DNA of 64,000 nt from Phoronis australis (taxonomy: Eukaryota > Animalia > Phoronida): positions 1 through 64,000 of the forward strand of contig NMRA01000105.1 of assembly GCA_002633005.1 (NCBI GenBank). Direction: 5' to 3'. Positions within the stretch are counted from its first letter, which is position 1; each line of letters opens with the position of its first letter. Shown here one piece after another: positions 26,611 through 38,765 of the stretch. The position numbers were made by a program, and so were the translations under genes. The notes under the pieces are model-generated. The model was given only the letters and a program-made list of their open reading frames with translations. It had not been told where the DNA came from and made no database searches.

Positions 26611-28552
26611 ATAAATTTAAATAACTCTGTACTTAACTTTAATTAAAACCATTTAATAAAATGGCATAATCGATTTTGATCATCGCGTATAACAAGTGGT
26701 ATAGCTCCAAAAGCCTTTGTATATGCAATTTGCTTAGGCTGGGCTAAGTGCTGGCAAGGAGTCCAACTGCGCTCTACAAAAACACTTTTCAACATGAAGT
26801 TATGGTTGGGCCTCCTTCATATCATCCTGGATCCACCAGTGATTTAGTACAAATTAAATATTTGATATAATTATTTTGTGTGTGAGTATTTTTGACCCGG
26901 TGACTTTTAAAGTGTATTTTTCAGTTTCACCATTCAGTGTGTGTGTTAGGACCATGCTACTCTCAAGAGTGTCTTTTTCTGGGTAGAGTTCTGTGACGTT
27001 AGGAGGTCACTAAAATCTAGCCAAAATCACATGTTCTCATTTAGAATACACGGCAATATCTCATGTAATCTCGCAAAGTCTTGGCTTTCAATGAGGTTCT
27101 AATGTTACTGAACAGAGGCCCTGGTATAGTGCGCTCTTACCTTTTGTGATCTGATGACTGACATAAAGACTAATACCTGAGAAATATGTAGGTCTTTCAC
27201 AAACAACTTGTACATTTTTCCATTCAGCTGTTGTTGTCTGGTATGACACATTGCATGCTCGTAGTAATCTGGTTTGTGATTATGAATTACTGAATGTTGA
27301 AATTGTAGGACTATGAAATGCTTGACTTGCAAAATACTGGGTATATAAAATACTGGATTATGAAGTAATTACGGTCTACGTAGGTATTTAGGCATATGTA
27401 GCTAGGCGCAATGTCTAAAAACAACCTTCTAGGCTGACATTTTGATTCCTGTTGTACTAAAATTTGTAAAGTACATTCTTGAGCGATGTTCTTGCAGGAA
27501 ATGTGAATAATTTTATGTTCAAAATTCATGATGTATTTGACTTTCCATTTTAAGTGTTTCCACTTACTGTCAAAGTCTGTGATTCAGAAAATTCAATAAT
27601 TCAACCATTAATCGTTAAATGTGACAATAGTCATGAAAATTAAACATTGGTGGTGTAATGATTTGAAATACAAGATTCATTCAATATAATGATTTGTTGT
27701 GATATGTTTTAAAATTGGTGCATTGTAGACTGCAAGGTCACCAATCAGTCCGTCTTTGGGACTGCTACTGCCCTCGAATTTAATTGGCCTTGACCTTGTT
27801 CTCGTTTTGTTCCTATTACCTTAATTCCCCCTTTACTTGGGCGTACTTCCAGGACAACTTTATCTGTAACAATTTGTTCTACCTTCTGGTGTGGAATAAG
27901 TTGATTTCAATTTCCTTCGGGTATCAAATTGTTCCAGAACAACTGACGTTCACACCAATTCTGTCCTCTCATAAGTTGCACTTGCAGCACCAGGGACTTT
28001 GTTAGGGTATGAAACAGAATATACCTTTCTGAAGGCACTTATTATGAAAATTACACCTCAGTGCAGTCAATTGTTTATTTTTGTCATTGGAAGATAGAGC
28101 AGTGTAGATCTACATGAAAAGAAGAAATAATTGCCTAACTACATTTATGTCTTCATAATCTTCCGGGACATCCAGTCGCGTCTCCTGGGAGTCCAGTCTA
28201 AAATGTAGAAAATGGTTATGTAATACTGTAGATAATGTTTTTCCTGGTTTTTCAATGTTAACCAGATAACAAAACAGTACTTTATAAATTTTGTAAGGCA
28301 CAGTCTCTGTCGGCTTTGAGTGAAGAGATGCATTTCTGAAAGAAAAATTACGTAGTGGCTACGGCCATGGCTATTTTTTTGCATTCGTTCTGTAAAACCT
28401 CGTATGTAAACCGCTATGGCCTTATATTTGGGATCGTTTAAATGTTCCCAGCGGTTTACCGATTAGTGGATTGAAAATGCACTGACAGCCTTGGGAAAAT
28501 AATTGGTCAACGATACTAAAACAAGCTTATAAGTTGTCGTGAATTATCTTAC

Positions 28553-28628
28553 CGCCTTCATCACTTGGCTTCTTGTTCTTTCAGGTATTGCTCCAAAGCC
28601 TTTGCCATTGCCGCGTTAACCTTTTGAT
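28553..28628 (-). CDS. Peptide gene exon 5: end of propiece and stop codons (TGA TGA)
   Basis: Acceptor GTGTTTACAG|, reading (D)QKVNAAMAKALEQYLKEQEAK*, with donor GCG|GTAAGA 8 nt after the first stop. Confidence 0.7.
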
Positions 28629-31419
28629 CTGTAAACACACATTTCTCATCAACTTCTCGCCGTACATAAACAATTTTATGCAGATGGTAGCCCTACAACA
28701 AGCCTGGTGACGAGCACTCGATGAATGTTAGCCGAACAGTGTTTTTTTATAAATTTTATTACACTGTAAATGCGTGTTTTCAGGCGCACGGGCCTATTTT
28801 CTTAGATTGGCCATTCCGCATTTGGTGCATGTGTCTATACGCGAATCTGAAGTTTGCTCCTGTTTCTATTTACTCACCCCGTCCTTCTTAGTCAGCTCAG
28901 TTATTTAGCCCGGCGGGGTGTGCAGTAGAGATCCTTGGGAGTGGGCTTGCACTGCGCAGACTTGAAGCCAATGCCAACACTGGTGGACATATGAGCATGA
29001 AACTGCGACTACCTTTAGTTCTACAGGATGTCCCGAAAATGCTCTCACGTTTTAAATGATAATGAATAACGGCATTGTTGGTTGACTGACGAACAAGATC
29101 GCTGGTTCAAATCCATTATAAAGCGTGGGTCAAAAAAGGAATTGAGTCTATAAACCGTTGTGAATTTATTGTTTATGAACTTGGAAGGTGGTTTATTGTC
29201 TGCAGTTCCTTGGCATTCATTTTTTGAGTTTCCGATGGTCGATTGCACGATAAATTTTCGTTCTCCAAAACGAAGTTTGCTGGCATGCCGTTCCCGTCCC
29301 GTGTTTAAGCGCAAGCGCGTGCGTACGCACCTACTTTCATTGTATGCGCGCCGACTGGGATCCACAATACTAAAATTGAACTCCTCAATAAATAGCGCTG
29401 TTGTTGTCATTAGAAGTGAAAGTATATTTTTGGGACACTCTGTATGCCGCATCAGCGCCGTTTTAAAATTCTCGGCAATTTAAAAGTTACATGGCCAACC
29501 CCAAAAATCTCTTGAGCGTTTTGCTCAGCGAGTCCGGCTGGTGCTTTCGATGTTTGTTGGTTCGGACCAAATACATTGTAAGACCGATTGAGTTAAATGG
29601 CTTACATTCGTTTTTTGCTGCTAAATACCTAGGAAATACTGATTTATATGAATATTTACCAAATCCTTCCGCATTCCGTAGGTCTCTCAGTACGGTTTCC
29701 TTAACGTCATCGTCAGCGTTCTCCATGGCGTCTTGTTGTTCCGCATCGGTCATCTCAGAGAGCTAAATAGTGAGGTGCAATTAGTCAACTCATGTTGCCT
29801 TCAGTTCGTCTATTGGTTATTCGTCAACAAAACGAACTTAGTCACTTGGCCACGTGATGGGAAGCTCGGCTTGTGAATGTGAAAAGGGTGGACTCGAACT
29901 GATCAAGAACGGGCGAAAATGGCGGGGATGGTGGAATAGACGTTTTATACTTCACTGCGCCGAACACCATGTAAGACACATGTGTTGCCGAGAATATATG
30001 TGGCTAATAAGGTAAACGGGAGAACATCCCCTAGTACTTACAGGCAAAAGCAATTGCGCATTTGAATTGCGAGTGTTCATTTGTTCAAGATTTTTGGCAT
30101 CGAAATCAGTATAATAAACCAGTGTAATTCTTAGGATCGCATTGTTGGAAAAAGTTCCAAAACGCTAAACCCCAATCCCAAATATCCCTGCGCGACGTTT
30201 GTGAGTCGATTGCAACTAAAGAAATAATTAACTATTGTAAACCGATGAGAACACTCTTTTCTGAGACCAGCCCATTTTGGAACCTAAAACTCTTGCGTCG
30301 CAGCTATTCGCTCTGCTGGCTTGGCTAAATCGGCCTTGATACACGGTAAAATATCTTAAACTTATTTAATTGGTAGTCCCCGGCCATGATCTCAGCGAAT
30401 GTCTGACAGACAACACAGGTTGATTTGTAATAAAATTGCAAAAAATGCTACGGATTTTATTGTTTAAAGCTCTGGTCAAAGCTGTAACAATTAATTAAGA
30501 AGTCTTTCCCGTTCAACAGTAATCGGGAAACGTTGTTCACCGTAAAAGCGATATTGTCCCTTATGCATTCCTGGTACTGGAATTATGGGTTGATAATGAA
30601 TCTAATTTAAAAATGTATTTAGCAACACAACTAATTGAAAGTCGGCCGTTTTTACTTACATCTCTCTTTCCATACGGATAAGGTAAAGGCCTGAAATAGA
30701 GACAAGTCGTGTGACGACTGTGGCGTAACAGGTAGCAACCCGGAATTTCCCCTAATGTACGCCTATGGTTCTATATAACGAAAATTTCATAGTGTAGACC
30801 CCTTGTCTAACCTAAGTTGTCGCAATTATAATTTCTTAAGGTGTTAGGGTATCCCAAAGGAACAATGTCATCGAATATCGAATGTACATGTTGAGTGTTT
30901 CTTGAAATATTGCTCATCTGTCACAGCGACGTGTAGTCCGTCAGGGATACGATCACCAACTTGAATGGGACGATAACTTATACATCGTATGGACGATCAC
31001 TCAAATGTCATAGAGACCATCACGCATCGTATTTACGTTAGACGTAAATCAGTGAGATTTACTTTTGACATTATTCCTAGATTCTAACTCCCTGCTTTAG
31101 GGCAAGTCGGACATAAATTCAGGGCGTTATTCAAAACATGTGAGTTATTTAGGTTTGGTCATTATGTTTTGATTCTTACGAAACACTTTATGAACGTTTT
31201 TTAAGGAAGAAAAATAATATCGAATGTTTGCTCATTGAAAATGCATGTATGCACCGGATAGTTAATGTGAACTAAACAACATGACTTGACGATAAAAATT
31301 AGTACTTACGGGTATCTTGGCGCCCGCCACCCCCATCTGCGCCGACGCCAAGCGTCGCTTTCCATCACTGCACTCAAGATTACGGCCAACACAAGGAAGG
31401 CGATAATTGACTTGTTCAT
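28561..31419 (-). CDS. Novel 103-aa secreted prepropeptide; predicted amidated Trp/Arg/Pro-rich cationic (antimicrobial-type) peptide precursor
   Basis: Coding exons on the - strand: 31419-31310, 30690-30660, 29762-29660, 28628-28561. All junctions are GT-AG with matching phases 2/0/1. Product: MNKSIIAFLVLAVILSAVMESDA|WRRRRWGWRAPRYPPLPYPY|GKR|DLSEMTDAEQQDAMENADDDVKETVLRDLRNAEGFDQKVNAAMAKALEQYLKEQEAK*. A non-coding exon 1 lies at ~33015-32965 and a last exon starts at 28197, with AATAAA at 28079-28074. Confidence 0.8.
29024..29442. mobile_element. Tc1/mariner-type MITE in an intron of the peptide gene
   Basis: TA|CAGGATGTCCCGAAAAT...ATTTTTGGGACACTCTG|TA: TA target duplication and CAG.GTGTCCC-type TIRs. 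Confidence 0.85.
29660..29762 (-). CDS. Peptide gene exon 4: acidic propiece
   Basis: CTAAT branch-like site plus CACTATTTAG| acceptor. Reads LSEMTDAEQQDAMENADDDVKETVLRDLRNAEGF. Donor TTTG|GTAAAT. Confidence 0.75.
30660..30690 (-). CDS. Peptide gene exon 3 (31 bp): PLPYPY-GKR-D
   Basis: Acceptor TGTCTCTATTTCAG| and donor GAT|GTAAGT. Phase 2 in and phase 0 out, exactly as needed to bridge exons 2 and 4. Confidence 0.8.
30742..30751 (-). promoter_or_regulatory. Consensus NF-kB site (GGGAAATTCC) in intron 2 of the peptide gene
   Basis: + strand GGAATTTCCC equals GGGAAATTCC on the - strand, matching GGGRNWYYCC. Function is untested. Confidence 0.35.
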
Positions 31420-31426
31420 CTTTTAG
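31310..31426 (-). CDS. Peptide gene exon 2: signal peptide and N-terminal part of the mature peptide
   Basis: Acceptor TTCTCGTGTTACAG|, start context AAAAGATG at 31419, reading MNKSIIAFLVLAVILSAVMESDAWRRRRWGWRAPRY(P), donor CC|GTAAGT. Confidence 0.85.
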
Positions 31427-32964
31427 CTGTAACACGAGAATCAAAAGTTGATCATGACAATAGAGGCGCTGCAGTTGCACTGAAGGCTTTACGTACAGTA
31501 TCAAAACCGTTGACACCCATGTCCCGTTCAAAATAGTTTGGTAATACGTGCCCATGCCATATACTAATATCGCAATTCGTTTGTTTTCGTAGTGTCAGGT
31601 CTTTGGCCGTATTAATTGCACTGGGTGAAAATGTGACGGTTTCGGGTAGTCCATGGTTGAATAAATCAGATTACACTTTTGTGAAACCCTGTTCTGATAC
31701 CATGTTTTGGATTCCTTCCAATTTCTTGACTGGATTCATCCAATAAACTCACATTTGATAAAAAGATGGGATGTAACGACAGTTAGTATTTATTAGATAT
31801 AAAAATTGGTCATTGACAGCGCCCAGTTACGTCGGTTAGGGAGCAATGCTGTCCTACTCTAATAAAGACAAATTATTTCTCATCAAAGAGTTAAGAGATT
31901 TATTTATACCCAATTAATCCAAAAATGTAGATTTTATGAAGTGTGTCTGAATGTAGCACCTTCTCATGAATGGTGCAAGATGCACAGTGACTAACAAATC
32001 TTTGCTTAACATTGGAATCTGATTCTGCTGCTGTTGCTATATGTAGTTTTTGCTTAACAGTCTGAGGATTTGATACATTTTAACGTTATATGTTGCTAAA
32101 TCTTAGTTGCGTTGACGTAGCCTTTAGTAAACGTAATACACCTACAGAGTGTTTCTTTTGTGTCTTGGCAACCCTCATGTCTACTAACAGAAAATTAATA
32201 CCTCCATACCGTGTTCTGCCGTGTTCAAAACGAAAGTATTTCATGACCATAATGTTGAAAAGTTCATTTTCCTGCAGAATTGTTATCAGCTGGATGACAG
32301 ATGGCCTTCACCCAGGCTGTACAAGCCCTTCGTTTCATTGGTTCCCCTTGTTGGATGCGCGCGTGTAAGGGCAAGGACATGACGATAATACATCGCGTTA
32401 TTTTTTCACGTACTGCTACTGATTGTTAAAAAACTTCTTCAAATTACAAACATAATAATCAGTTTTGACCTCAGGTGTTTTGCTCCTGCGGGGATTTGGC
32501 CACTTACAAATGGCGGGTGAGCAACTATTTTGTTGACAAAATATTGCAGGTGGAGACGACGGTTAAAACGATTTGTTTTTTAAAATAGTTTTAAGTTGTA
32601 AGATAAGGATGTAAAAAGGTTTGACAGAGAAAATAAGGTGTTTGAACACTGGGCTCTTTAAAATCACAAGTTGTGAACTAAATAAAGTACATGAATAGTT
32701 GTTGAGATATTATTTTAATTGTTTATTTCATTTTGTTGCTGTTTGCTGTGACCGAAAATCAAAATCATGATGGCTCTAGAATGTTGTTGGGAGGGGGGAC
32801 AGACCAAAGTTCTCAGAGCACTAACACATGCACAACCCCCCCCCCCCAAGACGGCGTTTTTTACTTCTAATCGGCGACCTCCCCGCCTCCCATGAAAGAA
32901 CACTACTCGAAGGTAAACCAGCGCATGAAAAGAAATGAAAACTCCAATCTACAAAAATACTTAC

Positions 32965-33061
32965 CACGTCTTCAAGGAGTCTTAAGAGCGACCAAAAATC
33001 TTGATGAGATGATGATTGAGCTGTAGCCCACGTGCTATTTTATAGAGTTGAGAGCGATTGG
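32965..33061 (-). promoter_or_regulatory. Core promoter and non-coding exon 1 of the peptide gene
   Basis: On the - strand: CCAAT (33061-33057), TATAAAA (33044-33038), CACGTG, an Inr-like TCAATCATC about 30 nt downstream, then donor GTG|GTAAGT at 32964. Confidence 0.7.
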
Positions 33062-34799
33062 TCGTGTCTGCACCAGAGCCCTCGGGACACGAACTTATCG
33101 GAGTCGTGACTAACATCTCACAGGGGGTGGAAACGTGATCGCGCTTCTAACTTCCAGCAACGCCCCCTAAACCCTAACAAACACAAATCTCGTAGTACAC
33201 ATTCCAGGATCTCGCTCCTGAACTCATACCCGGTAACCGTACACTCTGTACCCAGGATCCAAACTTCACTCAGCGAACCTCCGAGTTCCCATGATAAATA
33301 TGGTCCTCGAGACAGAAGCTTGGTTCCGGGATACCTGTGGAGTTTGGTCGCCGGGTATGGACCATTTCCGCCGCGAGTGTGGAGTGCGGGGGGAGGGGGC
33401 TTGAAATTTATACCGTGGGTGTTGGTGTTCAGTGGTCTGGGCTGCGGTTTAGAAGATCGTAGCTGGAATTGTTTCCACCACCTGCCCGGGATAGTTGTGC
33501 AAAAGGCAAAAAATGCCCAAAATCTAAAATCGTGATGAGAAAATATCAAAAAAGTCGATTCAATGGTACATTGTTATGAAATCGTGGGAACATGCAGAGT
33601 AGTTGTATAAAAATTAATTGTGTTTGCACAAAGTCTAGGGTCGCCAGGGGGAAGTGCGGTAACAAGACATGAAGCTAAATTGTAAGGTAATCGTGAGAAC
33701 ATCCAGGGTAGTTATATTGAAAAAAAATAGTGTTTGCAAACAATTCATGATCGGCATGAGGCGAGTTGCATGACGTATTTGTTGACTACAACAGATTTTC
33801 AGATTGCATTATTTATTTATTTTTAGGAAACGTTTGTTGTATTCACACTACAGAATTACAGCGACATTACAGTGATAAGCATGCATGAATTAGATATAAG
33901 ATATGCCTTAATTAAAGCATGTTAATGAATGCATGGTGTAAATACATAACTGTACTTTATAACAAAACATTCACACCCCATTCTCTCTAGAATCTTATAC
34001 AGCCAAATGAATAATAATTGCATTGTCAAACAAAAAGCGCTTCTACAGGGATTCACCTACTTCTAAATTTATTCATAATTGAAAGTTCTTACGGTAAATT
34101 ACCTTTTCTACGTTATAATAGAAAAAAAATCATATATCGACTATTGCAAACAAGGGGTACTATAATTTAACCTAGCTTTCGGATTGCATTTTATCATTTG
34201 GTGGTTACATTTTCCAAGGTTTAAATTCGATTTCTTTAACAATAGGTCTAACCTTCGCAAAGAATAAACGTGGAAAGTTCCGTTCCTGTCGATTTTATTA
34301 TTACCCATTTTCTAACGGAGTCGGTCATATGAGCATTCATTCTACTAATATGTAGAAAGTCGGGATGTAACTTGAACCCATGATAATTTTGCCAGGAACC
34401 AAACCATTTTAAGTAATGTAACTCAACTTAATTCTATTTTATTATTGAAAAATGCTGCTTGAATTGTTTGGCAATTAGTTTCCATCGAAAGCGAGTACAT
34501 TCTTAAAGATTTTCATTTCACTTTTTCGTTACAAGTTACATAAAATAAATTTTAATGCCAACCAATTCGGACAAAGCTTTTGTTCCAAGTAATGCAGGGC
34601 TAATTTCAGCATCACGTGTTCTTTAAAAAGTTGTATCTCATGTTTGTACTTAATTTTGGGATTACTGGGGGGGGGGGGGGGNGGGGGGCACAATACAAAA
34701 ATAGCAGGGCAAGATGAATCACACAGAATTTCACTATTTATAATTTTTTTTTCTTTAACACAGCCCCAGAAATCGCTTACGCATTGTGTCCGGTTTCTC

Positions 34800-34945
34800 A
34801 TTCATTCTCTTGCATACAGGCGAATTCAGCGGAGCATGAGGAGACAATTGTGTGCAATGCTCGAATGTCTGCCAGGAAAGCCAGAAGGATTCGAAACAGG
34901 GTCTCCCAAACGGGAATCCGGAGCTCAAACCACTGAGCCACACTG
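34800..34945 (-). mobile_element. tRNA-derived SINE head (second family, degenerate)
   Basis: Minus strand CAGTGTGGCTCAGTGGTTTGAGC...GTTTCGAATCC carries A and B boxes. Confidence 0.6.
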
Positions 34946-37900
34946 TCGCCTCAAATAAATGGACATTGTAATAGGAAAGATGCAATTACAAAAGGGATTG
35001 TAATACATAAAATTTGGTATTTTAGTGTCACCTCTCTAATTGTTGAAGTCGTTCTTCCTCTGATTGGCCATAACACAGGAAATAGTGGATTGAATGTTAA
35101 ATAGGTATGTTCCATTGAAAACAAAAATGTGCAAATTAGTTGAACGACACAAACACAGAGTGATCAGAGTCATCTCACAGGTTGCAAGTCATGCGATGCG
35201 ATGCTACGACAAACATCGGCAAAACAAGTGATCTTACAAACTAAGAGTAAACCGAGAATCAGTTTATTTTGGCTGAAAACACGTTGACAATTATAACGGG
35301 TCGAATGATTCTTGGCTGAGAATCGAGAGAAAAAAATATTCACTCATTCACACATTTTGCGCCAAGGCACGACTTCATTGTCGCGCGAAAATTCGGGCAT
35401 AAAGGCAACACGGGTTTTTTAGAAAGCCCGGGACCAGACTTCTGACACGTAATTGTCAACATAATCAATTCCCTCGATGAGCTCAACATCAAAGCAACAT
35501 TTTAAACATCTTGTATTGTCCGTTTTTGTAATGTCAGGTTCATCCAAAGACCAAATTTCAGTGTTATCATTTATTGGAATAGCGATGAAAGAGTAAAACA
35601 TAAAAGACAACCGATTTTTTATTTATAAGCATAAAGTGAAAAAACGTGCACATTACAAAACATGGCCGAAAAGAAACAATTTCAAAAGTATCGCGGATTA
35701 TGAAATACTGAGATTTAATCGTAGAATACCCGAGGATAAAGTACTAGGTTATGAAATTCTGCTGATCTACGTCGGAGCATTAGGGTCGTTATAACGACTT
35801 AACTAACTCTTTATAAAGACTTATTATTTTGGATCATAGAACTGGAATGCCAACCCAGAGACCGTATTTATTCGTCTTCAATCCCATCACGTTTTAGAGC
35901 TTGCGATCCCGTAATTTCGCGAGACTGTGTGGGAGAGTTTGCACAGCTGTCTGCTCAGCTAACTTTGGGCTTGTGTACTAGTTGTAAAATCAAGTCTAAT
36001 GTCATTGCTTTATTTCATTCGGACATGTTCACTCATTAAACGAGACGTTTGAGGCACGACTCCATAAAACCAGCAATTTTCCTACAAAATTATTCAACAA
36101 ACCCGACAATTCCGCTGGTCAATCTGTTATACGCAGACCTGTGACCCTGGCTGTGTGCCAGGAATAGCCTGACCACTAGCGTCTTTTCAGCTCGTCTTAG
36201 AACCGCTTTGGACAACCTACCTAACTGCATGTTATTATGAGTTTTTCAGCGAGACATTTTTGGGTGTTAAAACCCTGTCTAAGTATTTTACGGAGACAGT
36301 GACATTTGGTTCCTGAGTTTTTTGTGCAACTAAAAATGAAAAGTTTAGGATTTACTAACTAGTGTGTTTCCCCGTCGTAATTTTTGAAAAACTACTCGTA
36401 TATTTGCGTACCAATGTGTGTGCATGTGCGTGCGAAAGCATGGATATTCTACTACTGTTTTCTATTGTTCGACAGTATTTCAGTTATGCAATGTTCATCT
36501 GTTGCACAGATATAATATTAATGCAATTGCTGGGCAGTAATATTTCCTGTGGTATTTACCTATATCCATGAAATAAAATTTAAAAAATGAAAAGTTTACC
36601 TTGTAAAAGAATCCAATCCAACACTTGCGTTATTTACAACGTACATTGCACTTGCTAATTATCGCGATCTTAGCGGACTGTCTCTCCTTTTGAAATTTTC
36701 TAGACATTCCGTCACACCGTTAAGGGTTCCATTGTTACACTCTGTTATTTTTTCCATTCTAGTAATATTCTTGGTTTTTAGCATTATAAAATATTCAAAC
36801 CTATCAGGTATGCAAAATGATAATTTGTGAAGTAAGCTATTTATCTTTTGATTCTGGTGGCATATGCACCATCAAGCGCTGATGAATGGCTTTCTAATGA
36901 TATAACATGCCATTCGGTAGAAAAACAGCGGACTTGCGAAAAGTTTTAGTGACGGTAAAAAGGTGACATTAATCAACACGGCACGCGCGTTCTTACCATG
37001 AAGACACGGCGTGAGTTCCGTAGAGGCGAGAATTCCGTGAAAAGATAAGAACACGCAAGACTTGGGGTGAGATATCGCCGTGTATTGCACGCGTAGCAAG
37101 TGCTCACACTAGCTCCCATAATGAGAATTTTGCGTCCACGGAACTCTGCCCTCATCTGGCAACCAAGAGAAGTGTTAATGACAACGACACCGCGAGTGCC
37201 GGGTTCACGAGAAAGGTCATTGTCAACTGCACGCATTTTCTTCATGAGCTAATACTAACGTGTACTACATATCTTACTGTATCCGATGAGCACACTTATC
37301 TCTACGGGTGAACAAACGTGGTATTTTCAGACGAAAAAGACACGACTAATGTCCAGTCGGTAAACCAACTCCGAATCCTGCTTGAGCCGATATATTGGCT
37401 AGATTACTATCTTGTAATATGGGGCAACACAAACAATGTCAAGCGCACGTTATTTTATGCTTTTGATAACACTTTCATCTTTGCTGCTTCCCTGGCTCCG
37501 TCGCAAACCCGACTCGTGGACTAGACGGTCACGCCACCTGGTGACAGCAACTGCACGATCCAGCAACCAAATAGGAGAAATAAGCCACTTAACGAGCAGG
37601 TTTTGGGCTCCCTGGGAGTAGCCTGGTTCACTAGTAAAAGTGGTAGGGCTCAAAATACCCACAATACCGCTATTACAGAAATGAAACGAAACACATTTAC
37701 AAATAAATACAATGATCTATTCTATAAAATATCTAGTATGTACTATGTTACATTTTAATTCACATGAAGGACTAATTAAATAAATGGATTAATCAATGAA
37801 CATACGACATAAGAGCACAGAACAAACCCAGACTATTAGTCTGTGGCAAGTTCCACCAGCCTCAAACATAAGATCATCACAAACAAAGCTTCTCAAGCAG

Positions 37901-38765
37901 TCACAGGCAACCATCATCTCTTTCCACTGGTTTCCAAACCAGCTGTTAATAAATAGGTTAATACTTAGAAACTACAACTTGTTGCACTGTACGAAGATAC
38001 CTACTTCACTGACAGGCCCTAGAGGACCCCCGCAGCAGGAAACTCCACTGGGACCATGGTTTTAGTGTCTGTAATTAGAAAGCTAACTCCTCTATTAAAA
38101 AAAATGAATATCGCTGCAAAATATGAACCAAAATCATGATGGCACTAAACGGAGTGTGAAGGGAACACCAAACAAAAAACTTTCACAAAAAACTATATAA
38201 GCCATCTTCTGTAGACTAGTCTTGCCACTGGCACCAAAACTATGAAAATGTGTTGGTAACTTGTAGGGACAAATGTGAATAAATAATTAAACTAGAAAAT
38301 AGTCCAAATCTTAGAACCACAAGCTGCAAACACTGCCAAGCTTGACCAGGGATGGGAACCTATTTTTGACCGCTTCATTCTATAAATGCAGAACTTATCC
38401 GAAAGGGAAAATTTCTACAGTAAGACAGTGTCGCTTCAGTTAGTTACATAGAGCTGTTACATGGCACGGCTCACTAGGCAAAAACATGGAACAAAAACAC
38501 TACAAGAGTATGACAGGCTAACAAAGCCAAATTTTGCGGTTAATCTTTGACAAATTATGAAAAAAGGGACACGCACAAAACCAAGGTTCAAAGCTCAACA
38601 ATTCTCGCCTTCCGCACTAAACGCTCTCTCATGTCGTGAGGTACGAAATAACTGCACACCTGCAGATACAGCAGGCAGGTCAGCAGCCTCGCTTTCGCTC
38701 CTATGGAGATTCACATGTTAGCATCTGTCATTTGAATACTTTAAATTTTATATCATATTTAAGGT

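Noticed and set aside
28558-28563. TGA TGA as selenocysteine codons
   Set aside because: No redox motif context and no SECIS-like hairpin recognised in the short 3' exon.
29045-29483. 135-aa and 107-aa ORFs
   Set aside because: They lie almost entirely within a TA-flanked mariner-type MITE and show no protein motif.
29487-29753. 88-aa ORF MTDAEQQ... as a standalone gene
   Set aside because: It is an internal exon of the peptide precursor, with an acceptor 9 nt upstream of the ATG and a donor at 29659. The rest of the ORF is intron read-through.
30285-30334. Extra exon ADLAKPAERIAATQEF in the peptide gene
   Set aside because: Weak AAG acceptor, an in-frame TAG and no good donor. Exons 3 and 4 already join in phase without it.
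31262-31555. 97-aa minus-strand ORF
   Set aside because: It is in the wrong frame. The meaningful reading is the overlapping signal-peptide frame starting at 31419.
33118-33549. 143-aa ORF upstream of the peptide promoter
   Set aside because: No recognisable domain, no ATG start and no splice support. It looks like GC-richer repeat-derived sequence.
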